Below, in pieces: positions 12,920 to 25,963 of a stretch of DNA of 64,000 nt. How positions within the stretch are numbered: position 1 is the stretch's first letter; each line of letters starts with the position of its first letter. Both the position numbers and the translations under genes were made by a program. This DNA is from Chrysemys picta bellii (lineage: Eukaryota): the NCBI RefSeq assembly GCF_011386835.1, contig NC_088795.1, forward strand, positions 12,276,001 to 12,340,000, written 5' to 3'. The notes beneath the pieces are model-generated. The model saw nothing but the letters and a program-made list of their open reading frames with translations. It was not told the DNA's origin and ran no database searches.

Positions 12920-13344
12920 CTGAAATCATCAAGAAATATTTGATTAACACAGCCAGATACAGAACTAAGTAATCTGCTCTTAATTATAGAAAAGGCAGGA
13001 AAAAATTGGGTTTATTTTTTCAGCATCTTTGTCATAGTTCTGATACACAGAAAACACTATGGTTTTAACTACGTTTTGAGGGTCAGAAACAAAGTTGATG
13101 TCAAGAGGCTGTGTCTACAGTGCGCAAATAATTTCAATTAGGCTACGTAAGATCCTATTTCTAGAGCACATCATTGGATTCTTTGATTTTTCATATATTT
13201 AATTGTTAAATACTTGACATTCCAACCATTTACCTGAACAGTGTAAAAAACTGTTTACGTAACATTGCTGACACAAATTTTACTATTCTAGAAGCAGATA
13301 AAATATTGCAACTGTTCAACATCTACATGCAGCCACTAGGAGAT

Positions 13345-14035
13345 CTAGCAAGACATTGTGGACTCAAGATATGCAGGTGACACACAACTCTATCTTTCAC
13401 TACATATGAAAACACCACTGTCACCAAGCTAACCCAGTACTTGACTGAGATCAGTTCATGGATGAAAAACAACTGCTTGAGGTTGAACCTGAGCAAGTGG
13501 AGGTTACGCTGCTGGCAGAAGTAAACGCAGAGAAGCTTGTAGCTAGGAAACAGTCTCCTTTGATTGAAGATACACACCCACAATTGGTTAGTCAGTCCAC
13601 ATTTTAGGAGTGCTCTAGGATTCCTTGCTGATGCTAAGCAACTCCATAATAACACTAATAAATAATTCTACTACCTATGGCTAGTTAGGAGATTGCATCC
13701 CATCCTGATGGATGATGACCTGGCCTCAGTAAAACATACTTTCATCAACTTCTAGCTGGACTATAGCAGTGCAGTTAACCTGAGCGTGAAGCCCTCAGCA
13801 ACTGAGAAATTCCAATCTAACTCAAGTGCACGGTGCATGTCTTCAACCAGCCACCACTAATAAAAACAACTTAATACACATAAAAAGAAAAACTCACATA
13901 ATTCCCCTCAGCTCACAGAGAAGATGGGAGAAAGAGAAAACCACACATGACAGATGATAGTTACATCACTTAAAACACTATACTGGAAGATACCACGGTG
14001 ATGAATGTGGTATAAGAACCAGAATAGAATGGAAA
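13345..14035 (+). mobile_element. Degenerate L2-type LINE 3' fragment
   Basis: Decayed RT region YAGDTQLYLS..EISSWMKNNCLRLN (cf. YADDTQLY..WM..N.L.LN) and a tail ending GATACCACGGTGATG..AGAATAGAAT. Confidence 0.7.
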
Positions 14036-15038
14036 GTTATCTCAGTATTTGCAGTTTTAGCTAAATTTCCTTATAATCATGAGAGGAAATAACTAGAATT
14101 CTGCAAATACCAAGGTTGTTATCCAAAGTAATTGGTAAGTATAAGGGTGACCTCTTTGTAGACACACATTCATCCTGATCTTACTCCCATTGAAGACAAC
14201 AGCAAAACTCTTTTGATGTCAATGGGAGCAGGAATGGTCCACAAAGACTTTCCTCTTTGCAAGGATCCTCATCGGAAGGGGCTTGATTTTAACACCCAGG
14301 CTTGTGCAGAGAGATGACTGCTCTAATCTGGCCTCCAGGCTCTGCTAAAAATCCAACATAAGCTCTTTGAACCATTTCAACACTTCTCTTTGATGCAGAG
14401 AAAAGCCCTACCTCTCACGAACAGAATTTTAGTGCCATCTTTTTGAACTGTGTTCCAATAGTTAAATAAACTTTATAGCATTTTATATTTTTAATGTAAC
14501 TTATTGCTATGGCTTTAGAGACAATCACAACAGATCTGACTAGATATCAGCTCACTTCTGGCTAGGCAAATAGTTAATTAACAGTTCCCTCAACTGTTAA
14601 GACAAATACTATATGACACTAAACCATTATGTGCTATTGAGGAATAAAGTATCGAAATACTTGTACATTACCTACGTATTATATTTTACATGATCTAATC
14701 AGAATAACACTCAAACCACTCAAAGCCATTTCCACATTTTCTTACCTATCACATTAGGGAACCCCCCGCTTTTTAAATGAGAAGACATTCCATCTTTAAA
14801 ATAAAATACAGTCTTGCTTCATGAGTTATGGGGACACCTTCACTCCCTTGACGCTGCCACTCTTTAGTAATATGGTCATTCTAATACTCTAAAACGGAAC
14901 ATCTGCAGTACCCCTCAGAGATATATATTGTAATAGGTTTCTCCTCTCCCACTAGCTGGGTCACAGGCAGGAATGGTTTGAGAGAGCTGTGGGGGGCAGG
15001 AGAATAGAAAGCAAAAGTGAGTGTTTCTGGATGCAAGC

Positions 15039-15112
15039 AGTTTTAGGGGAGAAAGGGACTGCTGTATGAGAGAGGTGATACAACATTTCTCTCTCTATAT
15101 TGTATATAGATG
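15039..15112 (+). repeat. 74-bp direct repeat, copy 2
   Basis: Matches 8409-8482 with 3 mismatches. Confidence 0.9.
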
Positions 15113-16208
15113 AGCTTGAAAAGTGTTGAGAGAGGCAAATTTTCTAATATACTTTCCAATAATGTTGAGAGGTGCTGGCCTATGTCTATTTCATCAAACT
15201 GTTGCACAATAAACTGGAAGTTGTACTGGTAATAGGACAACTCCACAATTTTATGGGGGAAATTATCTGAGTGGCATAGGGAGAAAGGCATACTCTACAA
15301 CTCTTATTAAAGCTAACAGGAGTTGCACAGCTAAATCCTTTATAAAAAGGTTTAAGAACATGCCCCATTAATAGAGTAATATTTAAACTAAATAAAAAAA
15401 TCACCCTCCCCCACAACACAATTAATAAAGTTATTTAATTCTGCCTCAGCGCAGAGGGCTGGACTAGATTCAGACCCTACATTTCTAGGATTCTGTGATT
15501 TACCAAAGCCTCCTTTGTATATTAACTGCTAGGAGATCACCGTCTCCTAACATGCTTTACTTCTAATATGTGGGAAATTCTTAAATGCGTAGGTTTTGCA
15601 GAAAAAGCTAATTATCTATTTTTTCAAAATCACAATTTAGGCAGAGCCCTTTTCTGCGAGAAATCTGAAATAAGAACACTTGAGGAACTGAATAAACCAT
15701 TGGCTTGATAAAATGCAGGCTTCAAAAACTAACAATTAAAATGAAGATCGAGGATTGCATCATGAGTAGCATTTATTGCAGAAAAGGGGTCAAACTGGGG
15801 GCCAGCCTGCAAGTGGGCCTTCTATAGATGTGTTAGGGCACACACAAAGAGCCGCCTCCTGCTGGCACTTCCCACATACGGGCCTGTCACAACTGCGGCC
15901 CCGCCACAAATGGGCGGGGAGGAAATAGGTTCATGCCCTGAACTCCCTTCGTCCTAGCAGCCGAGCAAGCCAGGCACATCAGTGAGAATATTGCACCATC
16001 CCAGAGAAAGATGCAGTCTGCACAGTTCCTGTGAACTCAGGAAAACTTAAAGGGATTATGCCTTCCTGAGGCACTATCTGTCCCTGAGCTTCCACTGGGG
16101 CTGTGCAACTCCACGCCACACCCAATACAGGGCTGTGTGTACTTTGCACAATCTAGCCCTGATAGATCTCGTATTGTGCAATGAGTGTTGTATTGTGTTC
16201 CTCTAACA

Positions 16209-16427
16209 CAGGGGTTCTCAAACTGGGGGTTGGGACCACTCAGGGGGTCGTGAGGTTATTATGTGGGGGGTCGCGAGCAGTCAGCCTCCACCCCAAACCC
16301 AGCTTTGCCTCCAGCATTTATAATGGTGTTATATATTAAAAAGTGTTTTTAATTTATGGGGGGGGGGTCACACTCAGAGGCTTGCTATGTGAAAGGGGTC
16401 ACCAGTACAAACGTTTGAGAATCACTG
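16209..16427. mobile_element. hAT-Charlie MITE
   Basis: TIRs CAGGGGTTCTCAAAC / GTTTGAGAATCACTG; 8-bp TSD CTCTAACA / TTCTAACA. Confidence 0.88.
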
Positions 16428-17700
16428 TTCTAACAAGTGACATGAAGAAAAAGTGTAAGGAACAGGTACTGAACGCAGTTTAACTACAAGCATAGCCAAC
16501 AACTAACTCTGTTCAGAAGCTGAGATTAAACCCTGACAGTAAGTTCTGATGAACTACTAAGAAGCATTTATCTACACAGACATGCTAAAGAAAATGATTC
16601 CACCTCCTTTATTATTTTCCACTTACAATTTGTGAATTCTGGTTAAGTGCACAGTCTAGTAATCACCATGTAGGAGATCTGAGCTCAAGACCCGAGCTTG
16701 TTTTCTTGCTCCTAAGCTGGCATGTGAAGAAATGCATTTAGCCTGTCAGGGAAAGCAGCACCTCACTTCATACTTGAACAGAAATGATAAGCCTCAGAGT
16801 AAACCATCCCCATCCCTATTCCTCTGGAAGGCAGTTAGCAAGGCTTGGAGTGTGGAGGAGTGATGGGAGAGGCGAAATGACACAAATTCTGTGTACTGCA
16901 AGAGGGGTTCGAATGACCACTGTGAAAAAAAATAATAGAAGAACTGCATAGACATTGGCCAAACTAGTTTCTAATGTTGTTAGGATGTATATTAAAAATG
17001 CCATTAAAGCAACATTTGCCATCCAAAGTTGGAACTCTGATTAGTTCTTTCTTTAGTAAAGAAAGGCCAAATCAAAACACAACTATTTCTGTCTACATAT
17101 CTCCAGTAATATCAAACCACTGAACTTTCCAGTTACTAATTATAGAAAATCCATTCTTTCAACAGCCCATTCTTCCATTTACCTCTTTATTCGGCAATTG
17201 TACAAAACAAGGATGAACAATACATACATAATACCAAAACAATCGCATTTAGTTTGCCAAGACTGCCCTTAATTCTAATAGCAAAAGAAAGACACTATTG
17301 TTATCCGCGCATGGCCTCCAGCTGATTTAAGGAAACCCTACTGTCAGAAGCAGAATGACTCACCGTTTTTGTACAGTACAGAAAATGTTTTAGTTTATAT
17401 AATTATACCTGTATACGTTGTGCACTGACTGGTTTCCATTCCTGAGTTCATCCTTAAGCTTCCCTAAGGGGAAGGTGTCATACCTGATGAGAAACTAGTT
17501 TATGAATCTGCAAATATGAAGGGCAAGAACTGAGGGCCAAATCTTTTTCCTTACTCAAAACAAGCAGACCTCAGCAAGCATGAGCACAACCCACTTAGTT
17601 ACCACATTTAACACAGCTAATTGCCCCACAGTTGTAGAAACCAAGCACCTGGTGAGTTTTTAATATTTGCCACTTTAGTATTAAGGACACTTAGTGTTAC

Positions 17701-17793
17701 CTGCAGCTACTATTATAATGTCAGCGAGTTGGGTATGCATCTTCAGCTGTTCTTCTGGAGTATATCTGTGAGTAATTGTCACTGTAGCATCAC
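17701..17793 (-). CDS. MTHFD2L: MTHFD2L exon 6 (93 nt)
   Basis: ttacag|GT GAT GCT..GCT GCA G|gtaac; (G)DATVTITHRYTPEEQLKMHTQLADIIIVAA. Too short for the ORF track. Confidence 0.96.
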
Positions 17794-20700
17794 CTGTAAT
17801 GTACAATATTCACAATGAATTGTCATTTATAAAACTCCCACACGGTATTTATTAACAGGCGGAAATGATTCAGTAGATTTTGGTATATGAAGAACACACA
17901 TTCGATCAAATAAATTCCTGTCTTATGATCTGACACATCATCAGATATATTTCTTTGTTATGATCCGACACTCTTTTTCAGCATATGCAGAATGCGATTG
18001 CTTACCTTCCCACACGTACAAAAGTGCAACCACATTACTCCCATCCTTCAAAAGCATAACTCAGTGCAGTTGTTTAACAGTGTGGACTAAATTCCTTCCT
18101 GGGTTAACGTCACTGAGTTTCATGGAATTACATGGGAATGAATCTGGCCTCATGAATCTATCTTACTAAATGTGATATGAGTATAGCATTATAAGACCCC
18201 TTCACTTATCACAACCTAAAACACTGGATGTAAGGGGATTATGTTTATAACTTTCTCCTCATATGCCCTTGGCCATTCATCTCTCTCTGTGCCAACTATA
18301 CACCTCTCCTGCCATTCTGTGGCACAAATTCTGAGGGAGACTATGGACTTCTCTAGGTTTACAACCTGAGGCAACAGCAGAGTTACCTTCACATCTCTGC
18401 ATTTCCCGCAGGTCAGAGTTTAGTTTTCAATGCATGTCTTGGAGAGGTTTGAATATACAAAAAGGGCAACGAGTGATAATTAATGTTAACTGGAGCAGAT
18501 TCATTCTTATTGATATTTCCCCTCAGATTTGGAAACGGTTCATCATGCAGGAAGGAGACATCTATGGCTCTGCCTCCGTTCTATCCACAACAGAGCTTGG
18601 ATTGCATGGGGATTCCTGGGAGCTATGACAGCAATATGGAAGTCTACCACCAAGGATTTTCTGCTTACAAAGCTCTGCCAGTGGTTACCATTAGTTTCAC
18701 GTTGGGGGCCAGCACATGGAATATCACTGTTGATTGCAGTGGCCCTAGCAGATTTCAGAGAGGAGAGGATTTCTTTAAGAAACATACATGCCCCAAACAA
18801 TTAACAACACTGTCACTATTTGTGTATCTGGTAAAATTCCTATTAGACAGACTTGAGAATGCCGGTCACTGTGCCCACTTAGGGGAAGAAATTAGCCAGA
18901 CCAAATCATATGGTATTATCAAGTGACGTATCTTGGCTGTCCTATGCCTTCTTCTACTAAACCCCAGGAGAAGCGCAAAGATAGCTCATCTCACACTGCT
19001 CAGACACACATTATTCCATTAATATGGATGCCAAAAAGAGTAAAAAGAAAAATGTCTCCCAAATCTCCATTTCTGCTTTTCTTTCATTGCAGATGCAGAA
19101 AAGTCTTGTTCCACCATCTCCTGTTACTTGCTGTTAAACAAAGAGCTGATCACTCATCTGTGCCAGAGACCATAGGAAGAGTTTTCATGCATGGCAAATG
19201 GAGGCCTACAGTCTTTTGGGCAAACTCTGGAGACCTGCCCTTGCATGGGTGTATGTATTTAGGCAAGGACAATTCTTCGGTGGTGCCTAACACTAGATAT
19301 GAAAAATCGTACAATTGTGGGGTACCTGAGAGTAGCCCATCATGCAAATCAAGGAGGTTTGTGAGCATGGGGACCAAGCTTCCTTGTTGTCTTCCAAAAG
19401 CAAGGAGGAGATAATTGGGAAAGCAATGAAGGTAACAATCAGCAAAGGAGACTCTTCCCAGGCCCTGAGCTTGATACCAGCTCTCTTTCTCTTTGCTATC
19501 TTCCCTGCATATCCTGAACCTGTTTCACCCCATGTTTTTCACCCTCCATCCATCTCAGGTCCCTTGGCACACTGTCTCCTCTTAAAATTTTACACTACAA
19601 TTTTCACTATTTCAGTCCCTGCCATCTGCCCTGACACCTCAGGCACATCTATTATTGACCAAATCTGCACCTCAGGTCATTGCTACACTTTTCTTCCTAT
19701 ACCTTCAAACTGTGCCCTCACTGGATTCTTTGTTCTTCTTCCCTATCCATCCTTCATGTATCCACCCTACTGTGAAGGTCACTCCCTCTTCCAGCATATG
19801 CCTGTACTTTATGTGCTCTCCCACAAGAGAAATGAATCATGAATACTACAGTAATTGGCAGCAGGGAGACACCCAGAGTGTGGGAACAGCTTCATTGAAT
19901 CAGTGGACCAGAGGAGGTTACATTGAGAGAATTTAAAAAGCTGTTGCAAAACCCACCTATCTGTTAAAGCTTATCCATAACCAACGTTAAAAACAAACCA
20001 AGAAAAAATGAAACCAAATAAGCTAAAGGAAACAAACAGGCATAGACTCAGAGACTGGAAAGGGTGAATCCCCTACAAAGTATCCTCTGGACATCAGCAT
20101 GCAGATCTAACTGTTCAGCACTGAGGCTCTTTGTTGATGGGGTCCCTGGGGGAAAAAAACCTGGATGGTTGGCTGGCTGAAACACAATTCTAAGTGACAG
20201 GAGATAGACAGAAACGGTGATAAGGGGTCAAAGGGAGGGCAGCAACTTTCCGTACTCAAATTCAGGCTCTAAGGACGAAGAGCCTGGCTGCAGCTGACTC
20301 TGGGTGTTAGCTGGACCATTCTTCTATAATCTCTTAGCTAATAGGTCTGGTGTGACAGCAACACCCCCAATCATTCTTGCCAAGAATCCTATAGGCCTTG
20401 AGGTTACTTAAGGCTACATTTTCCTCCCTTAGCATCTTAGGGATCAATAAATGAAAGGAAATGTACAAACCAGGTATTGTGGAAACAGAAAGGAGATGTT
20501 ATTCTTTCTGGAAATCTGCTCTCATATATTTCAACTTACTGATTATCATTGGCACAAAAAAAATTAATGAGGGAGCAATTCCACTGGTTGTTTAGATGGC
20601 AAAAGTTTATCTTCTTCGAGGATCTCTCTCTCACATAAGTGAATGGATACTTTAGTTAACCTGCTTGCATATTGAGATGCTTATATGAAATGAACCTCTT

Positions 20701-21997
20701 TTATAGTTAATTTATTTTTTCCACCCAAATTGCAGAAGAACCAGATCTCCTCTTAGGAAATTAATGCTATGGGTTCATTGATATAAATAATAGGCTCCAG
20801 ATTGTCTGCATTGATCCATTATTGCTGAGATTTCAGGAGAGAGCACTGAATGCCTCACATTGCCAGAACAATCTAGACTCTGGAAAACAGCCTGAGGTGT
20901 AGATGCTATCCTGAATGGAAGAGCTTTATGCTGGTACTAATCATTCCACGTTACCAAGTGCAGGAATTGATAATGGTGTGGAGTTACTGGAATGTGTAAC
21001 ACAACTCCTCCAAGCATAAGTAATGCCTCAGCTGAGCTGCCGCCGCCACTGATCTCAAATTTCTTGTAAAAAACAAAAGAATTCAGCTATTTTACATCCT
21101 TGCTTGGTATCCTTAAACTTCAAATGAACTGTGAAGAACAAGGTAGCATGTTCCAGTTCCGGGCTAAAACTGCAATACCAGAGATGCAGTGCTGTAGACC
21201 TGCCCTCTTTTCTGGACTGATGGGGAGATCAAAAGGGACAAAGCCACAGAGGAGGAAATGTCCATGAGGCAGCAATTAGAAACTGATGTTATCAGTTTCC
21301 ATTCCCTTAGGGAAAAGAGTCAAGGGAGGGGAAACATAGACCCTGACATTATGGAATCCAGAGCCAAGAAACACAGATGTGTATCTAATAGGGGATCTCT
21401 GAAAAAAGAGCCACCTTTGCAACAGTAAATATGGGTACAGTTCTCATTAAGATTTTAGAAAGGAAGACTTTTATAAAACTGAAAAGCCCTTCCACACCAA
21501 CTTTCACCAAAGAAACTTCCTCTGAGGAGAGGAAATGCCAGCTTGTTTAGAAAAAAATACCTTTCCTTTATGCACATAATCACACAGCCTTTTGAGCTAT
21601 TATATTGCTGGCCAGAGATTCTGCAACATCAAGAGTAGGCTGGAAACTTAATCAGCTTCTTAGGATGAATATTACAGGCTTTCCCTAGAACTTCTGAGGA
21701 AGGATTTGTCCTTAGGCAATCCCTAAAGCCAAAGAACTAGCAGCTGCATTGAAGAATGGGCTTCACATCCACACCAGTTATCACGGGACTTGTATGAACC
21801 TCAGAGTAGGGAGCTTTTCTGTTTATTTTGTGGTTAGGTTAAAATACCATAAATATATTTTTTCTATACCCCATTACCTAAACTTCAAAAATAAACTTGG
21901 AGGAAAAGATTTTGCTGACCACGGCTTTTTGTGTGCTTCTGCTGAATCACTCCACCAGCCTGCAAATAGAGTTAGGGTTGCAGCCTGGTTTCTAGAG

Positions 21998-22327
21998 CAG
22001 CGGTTCTCAAACTGTGGGTCAGGACCCCAAAGGGGGTGGGACTCCATTTTAATGGGGTCACCAGTGCTGGCTCAGACTTGATGGGGTCTGGGGGCGGGGC
22101 CAAAGCCCGAGCCCCACCGCCCAGCACCAAAGCCAAAGCCCAAGGGCTTCAGCCCTGGGTGGTGGGGGTCAGGTTACAGGCCCCCTGCCTGGAGCTGAAG
22201 CCCCTGGGCTTCGGCTTTGGCCCCCCCGCCCGGGATGGTGGGGCTCAGGCTTTGGACCCCTTGGGGTCATGTAATAATTTTTGTTGTCAGAAGCGGGTCG
22301 CAGTGCAATGGAGTTTGAGAACCCCTG
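21998..22327. mobile_element. hAT-Charlie MITE
   Basis: TIRs CAGCGGTTCTCAAAC / GTTTGAGAACCCCTG; TSD TTCTAGAG / TTCATGAG (Charlie NTCTAGAN preference). Confidence 0.85.
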
Positions 22328-23742
22328 TTCATGAGAAGAATACGATTTCCTTTCTGAGGCCAGCATCAACTTTCCTGCCAGAGGGATCAGATAGGAAGGT
22401 GTTGCCATCTGCAGGACAGAAGGACTTCTAGAAACATATCAGTATAGTTGAATCCAGCACAGGAAAAGAGCCCCATAATTGTGATATGTCTGTAAAGAAT
22501 TTGTATCAATTTATCAAAACTTTTAGAATGGGGGATTCCTCATCAGGAATATCTCTGACCTCCGATACAACCTAATCCTGATCAGATAAAGCTAGACAAG
22601 TTCTGTATCTCCTCTCAGCATCTAGAAAGATCCCCCCGTGTCCCCAACTTTTTCAGCTTTAAGACAAGCCTGTAAATCCGTAGAAAATAATTTAATCAGA
22701 TTATTGATGCCATCCAATTTAACGTTCCTCAAAGAGTCATTGTTTGAGGATTTGTATTTATTGTACTCACTGGGTTCTTAAAAAAAAAGGAAAACCTTTT
22801 AAAGTTTCTTTTGAAGGTGTGTGGGTTTGTTTGGGGGTAGATGTCTTATTCTTAGGAGAAACTGAGGGTGACTATTTTTACTTACTTTTCACCTTTGCCC
22901 TTATTGGTGGAGGAGGGATCATTGTTGTCAGAGAAAGAACCACTCAGAAGAAATACAGAATGGGACTTGGTTTAGTGAGATTTAGCAAGGAACAGAGGGC
23001 TCTTCCATCAAGAGGTCATAAATGTTTAAAGTGTGGTTCTACTCTAACGAGTGGCTGCAAAAATGACACTGTGAGATTAGATGCTTATTGCCCTTCACTG
23101 ATTTCAGATACAATTCTTAATTCTTAATTTTATAAGTAAAAATATGCATTTTAAAAAATGTTAGACCTTCAAGCCCTCCGTGAGATCTGAAAGTCAAGCT
23201 TTTCTTCTTTTCTCCTCACTCATCATCATCAATTACCCTGAGCCAAAATGATGAGCATTGGATTCCAGATGCTCCTTAACAACAGGTTATCGAATGCTAA
23301 GTGGGGCATCATTGGTGGGATGGTCTTGGGACATCACACTGTGAGGTTTTTGATTTGTCAGGGAAGTCGGGATCAGAATGAGGGAAGAATTCTGACTAGT
23401 ATCTTACTTTTTAGAAGTCAGATGGTAAGAGGTTTATGAGGGTAGGTTCAAACATTGTATGATGCAAATTATAACTCAATGTAACCAGGAAACATACACG
23501 CTTTAAAAAAAGATTTATCCCATTAGATCATTTCACCACAATTAGTATATCCACTCTCATTTATAGATTAAAACAAGGAAAAGGTATGTAAAAAATGTAT
23601 GCCAAAATGCTAAATTTGAGATTTCAAATTAATAATAGAAAATCCAATGAAGGTTCCCCTAGCAGCTATCTCCTTGCTCTCAGGGATTACAAGAACGTTG
23701 TCCATTATCTGAGCATTGGGTAACTTGACTACAATGCAGTAA

Positions 23743-23915
23743 ATAATACACATAGTATACATAAAAGAACTTCACTTTGTTTTATAACCAAAGATGTGAA
23801 TACTGTTGCAGATTACAAACATGTAAGTATAACAGATGTTTGTAATCTGCAACAGTATTCACATCTTTGGTTATAAAACAAAGTGAAGTTCTTTTGTGTA
23901 TAGTATGTGTATTAT
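23743..23915. repeat. Long inverted repeat (fold-back palindrome)
   Basis: Perfect 60-bp arms at 23763-23822 and 23836-23895 with a 13-nt spacer, extending to 80-bp arms with 2 mismatches. Confidence 0.97.
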
Positions 23916-23987
23916 AGTACGTGTAAACGGAGTGTTTTGAGGAAACCAACAAAACACTTCCCTTGTTTTATCATTTCCCTCTCAACT

Positions 23988-24289
23988 GGGCCCTGATTCA
24001 CCGGGGCTGCGGCTGAGCTGAGGTTGCGGGCACCTCATAAGTACAAAGGTGGCTGTACACTTCTTTTGCACCTCCCAAAGTAGGCTACAGCAGGGGCTGC
24101 TCTAAATGACTCCCCACAGAGCCACCTAGCACTACAGTGTGGCTGAAGTGCAGAGCTCCATTCCACTATGACAGGGGCTGTATAAGTTCTGCTGGCTATA
24201 TGCCTCTAGGGAATCCCCTCCTTCTAAGACTGGGAGCTTTCCACAGAGCCATCACACAGGGGTCACAACACAGGGCAGAATCTAGCCCT
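23988..24289. mobile_element. Old non-autonomous DNA element
   Basis: GGGCCCTGATTC / GAATCTAGCCC terminal inverted motifs like other old palindromic elements here; GC-rich interior. Confidence 0.45.
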
Positions 24290-25149
24290 TTGTGTCTGTA
24301 ATTCAACCATTTTATAAAGACGGATTAAATAGGGATGGAAATCATGCCCACAAAGACAACTTTTGGATCGTCTACAAAGCTCCTATCAAGCCAAATAAGG
24401 GTTAAACTGATAGAAGCATCTTTAATTAATTCATCCTCTAATAAGTCACCCAATTCCCAAGTTACGGCCAGCTTTTGGGTTGGCAAAAGCCCTGTTACAC
24501 ACCTACACATCCATCTTCCTTTCATTCCCGCACTTGTTTTGTTACGGATGCTTTGACTAGAAGAATAGATAATTTAGCCTATAAAAATACAAAGACACCT
24601 CTCTAGAAGTACAATACATTTGACTGGGAGGAAAGCAGCACATTGTATCTTTGCCAGCCAAGAGCATGTTGGGAGTCTCAACATGGGGGTGGGGGGGGGA
24701 AGAGTAGGTTGGAGGCACAAGTTGGGAGCAGATTCTGTGGTTGAGTTTTATGGGGGAGGGAGGAATGTGAGGAGGAGCCAGGGGCTTGATGGTGATCTCC
24801 TTTATCAAGCTATACAACAAAAAAAATGGATTCTATTCAGTGGTTGGGTGAAGCTTTTGGCTGGGTCCGCTGCCTTGTTCCCCTGCTTCATTTCCCCAAT
24901 GTTCATAAATATGAAATCCTACTTCAAAGGAGAGCCAATGAAAAAGCCACTTATATGTCGAATAGTACATTATGCACAGAGACACAGGAGGAAAAGGACC
25001 TATTAATAACAATAGTCAGAAAGTAGAGGCTTCATCCTTGACAAATAAAACAAGCAAATAAAGTCCTACAAAGTATATGCCGGGTGAACATTTAAAGACC
25101 ATATAAGATAATGCTACCCTTTTAGAAGGCAATGTTGGATGACGGTCTA

Positions 25150-25380
25150 TTGTGTACAATACAGAAATGAATATTGAGTCTACAGAGATATTCAAATTCT
25201 GGAAAGAGTACAGAACTTGACAAATTAGCTTAAGGGGCATGAAAAAGATTTCCCAATGAAGCAAGGCTCATTGAATTTAAAGATATGTGTTGAGAAAAGG
25301 TGACGGCAAAGGAAGTGTTATTATAGCTTTTAAGTACCTCTGGGGTGAAACAATGAAACAGGAAATATTTCCAGGAGGGG
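25150..25380 (+). mobile_element. Ancient CR1/L3 fragment
   Basis: Decayed match to the CR1 ORF2 C-terminal region (AGAGATATT..TGGAAAGAGT..GAAAAG..TAAGTACCT). Confidence 0.45.
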
Positions 25381-25963
25381 GTTTTCAGAAAGCTGAGTGA
25401 ATACTGCAAAACAGCATTTGCAAACATTTGCTGGAATAAAAATCTATAGATGTATTTCAGTGGTAATTCATAACCCTTTCATTTGTCTTTCACAAATATT
25501 CATACAAATAACTTTCATGTGCAAGAATGTTCATAGAAAGAAAAAGTCTTACAAATACCTGTGCAAATATATAGTTGCAAAGTTTTGCGACAGAAGCATT
25601 TGCATGGTCATCTGGAAACTGACTTAAACAGCTTCAATTCCTCCCCCGCATATAAAAGTTTCAGACAGCCAATCATGGAACAAAAACAATAGCCCTGGGA
25701 CTCAGATGTCCAGTCACACAGCATAAATAATGAATTATGGATGGTGAATAGGAGTTGCTTATAATCTGTAGGCAATCCCAGACTGAAAGATATTTGCATA
25801 AAACATTAATCAAATGAGCTTGAAAAAGAAGTTCATGCTAGCTTAAGTCTGTGGATCTAAGTAAATCTGCAAACAGACAAAGAACTAATTTACTCAAATA
25901 AACTATTTGCTACGAATACTTTACACAGTTCTGGATATCAAATGTACATGGAGGATTCATGCA

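Noticed and set aside
18800-18950. Endogenous hepadnavirus or DIRS polymerase call
   Set aside because: No YMDD/YLDD motif and spacing inconsistent with upstream RT motifs; kept only as a low-interest lead.
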